Part shown: in pieces, positions 63,451-64,000 of the stretch
Position numbering within the stretch: the stretch's first letter is position 1
Layout of the letters: every line of letters begins with the position of its first letter
Assembly (NCBI GenBank): GCA_020184695.1
Contig: JAANOX010000074.1
Coordinates: 6,417 to 70,416, forward strand
Source: Histomonas meleagridis 2922-C6/04-290x
Taxonomy: Eukaryota > Protista > Parabasalia
Direction: 5' to 3'
DNA length: 64,000 nucleotides
Program-made: the position numbers and the translations under genes
Notes under the pieces: model-generated
The model's input: only the letters and a program-made list of their open reading frames with translations
What the model was told of the DNA's origin: nothing
Database searches by the model: none

Positions 63451-64000
63451 ATGACAACCGTTACAAACCAAAAGTTAACAGTTGATGACGTTAAAAATAT
63501 TACAATTGATATAAATGATAAATTTAATTTAATGGATATTCGTAAAAAATGTCCATATGATTTAAATAAATTAGATGTATTAGTTGATATTAAAAAATGC
63601 TTTGTAGTATGCGATTCAACGCCAGAAGTCTTTATGTTTAAAGATTATGACGGCTTAAATAATTGTGTTAAAGTTAGTTATACTAATGAGAAAATTGCTA
63701 TGAGTAAGTTAAAAAAGATTATTGTCGGCAATAGAATTGAAGGCAAAAAAACAAAATCAATAATAAATGCTTGGGATTTATACTTAGAAAATACATTATT
63801 ATTTACTGTTAAAGCATTAAAATTTTATAGTGAAGACCCAGAAATATTCAGTTATTTTAGAGATTATGATTATAATAATTTAGATGAAGTTAAACAAGAA
63901 ATTATACAACCGTTTTTAGATCATGTATTAGAAGTAATATGTGATAATAACCGAGAAATTTATAAATATATATTAATATGGATAGCATCAATATTACAAA
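63451..64000 (+). CDS. Probable D5-like / SF3 helicase(-primase) of a mobile element, 3'-partial
   Basis: Open from ATG 63451 to the window end. FYSEDPEIFSYFRDY...IIQPFLDHVLEVICDNNREIYKYILIWIASILQ matches the region preceding the P-loop in D5/DUF5906-type helicases. The P-loop itself lies outside the window. Confidence 0.7.
   Translation, partial: MTTVTNQKLTVDDVKNITIDINDKFNLMDIRKKCPYDLNKLDVLVDIKKCFVVCDSTPEVFMFKDYDGLNNCVKVSYTNEKIAMSKLKKIIVGNRIEGKKTKSIINAWDLYLENTLLFTVKALKFYSEDPEIFSYFRDYDYNNLDEVKQEIIQPFLDHVLEVICDNNREIYKYILIWIASILQ

Noticed and set aside
62770-64000. Calling the right-end element a Maverick/Polinton or Helitron
   Set aside because: No long TIR, AG-repeat terminus, integrase, PolB or HUH Rep is visible in the window; left unclassified.

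Overview
AT-rich, gene-dense eukaryotic DNA, most likely from a parabasalid (Tritrichomonas/Trichomonas-like). The assignment is inferred from uninterrupted housekeeping ORFs, a BspA surface protein, DUF3447-ankyrin genes, an expanded Myb/Rab repertoire and Trichomonas-type promoter motifs. The window holds CCT-gamma, a WDR11-like protein, two Rabs, a PP1-like phosphatase, HEAT/ARM proteins, a Myb, RPL6, a nitrilase, a BLTP1/Csf1-like giant protein, MYCBP, tRNA-Phe(GAA) and a ~2000-aa BEACH protein that runs off the left edge and is missing from the ORF track. The right end is a mobile-element nest: a mariner, a Merlin/IS1595 relic, a ~1 kb (AAT)n tract and the start of a probable D5-like helicase gene. 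Main discovery: three DUF3447-type ankyrin loci (7.0-8.8, 25.8-29.0 and 45.9-49.7 kb) in which every ankyrin repeat (~30 stop-free codons) is separated from the next by a conserved ~80-nt AT-rich spacer. The spacers carry stops and/or frameshifts, often form a hairpin, and lack GT-AG and the parabasalid branch-point motif, so they look like an unrecognised class of non-canonical introns or a recoding signal. Second: a structured DNA motif with a conserved 14-nt loop and fully exchanged stems occurs twice near the helicase gene, next to iteron-like hexamer arrays. Third: a secreted protein has an antimicrobial-peptide-precursor or pore-former-like architecture. All translations and counts were done by eye; no database searches were run.
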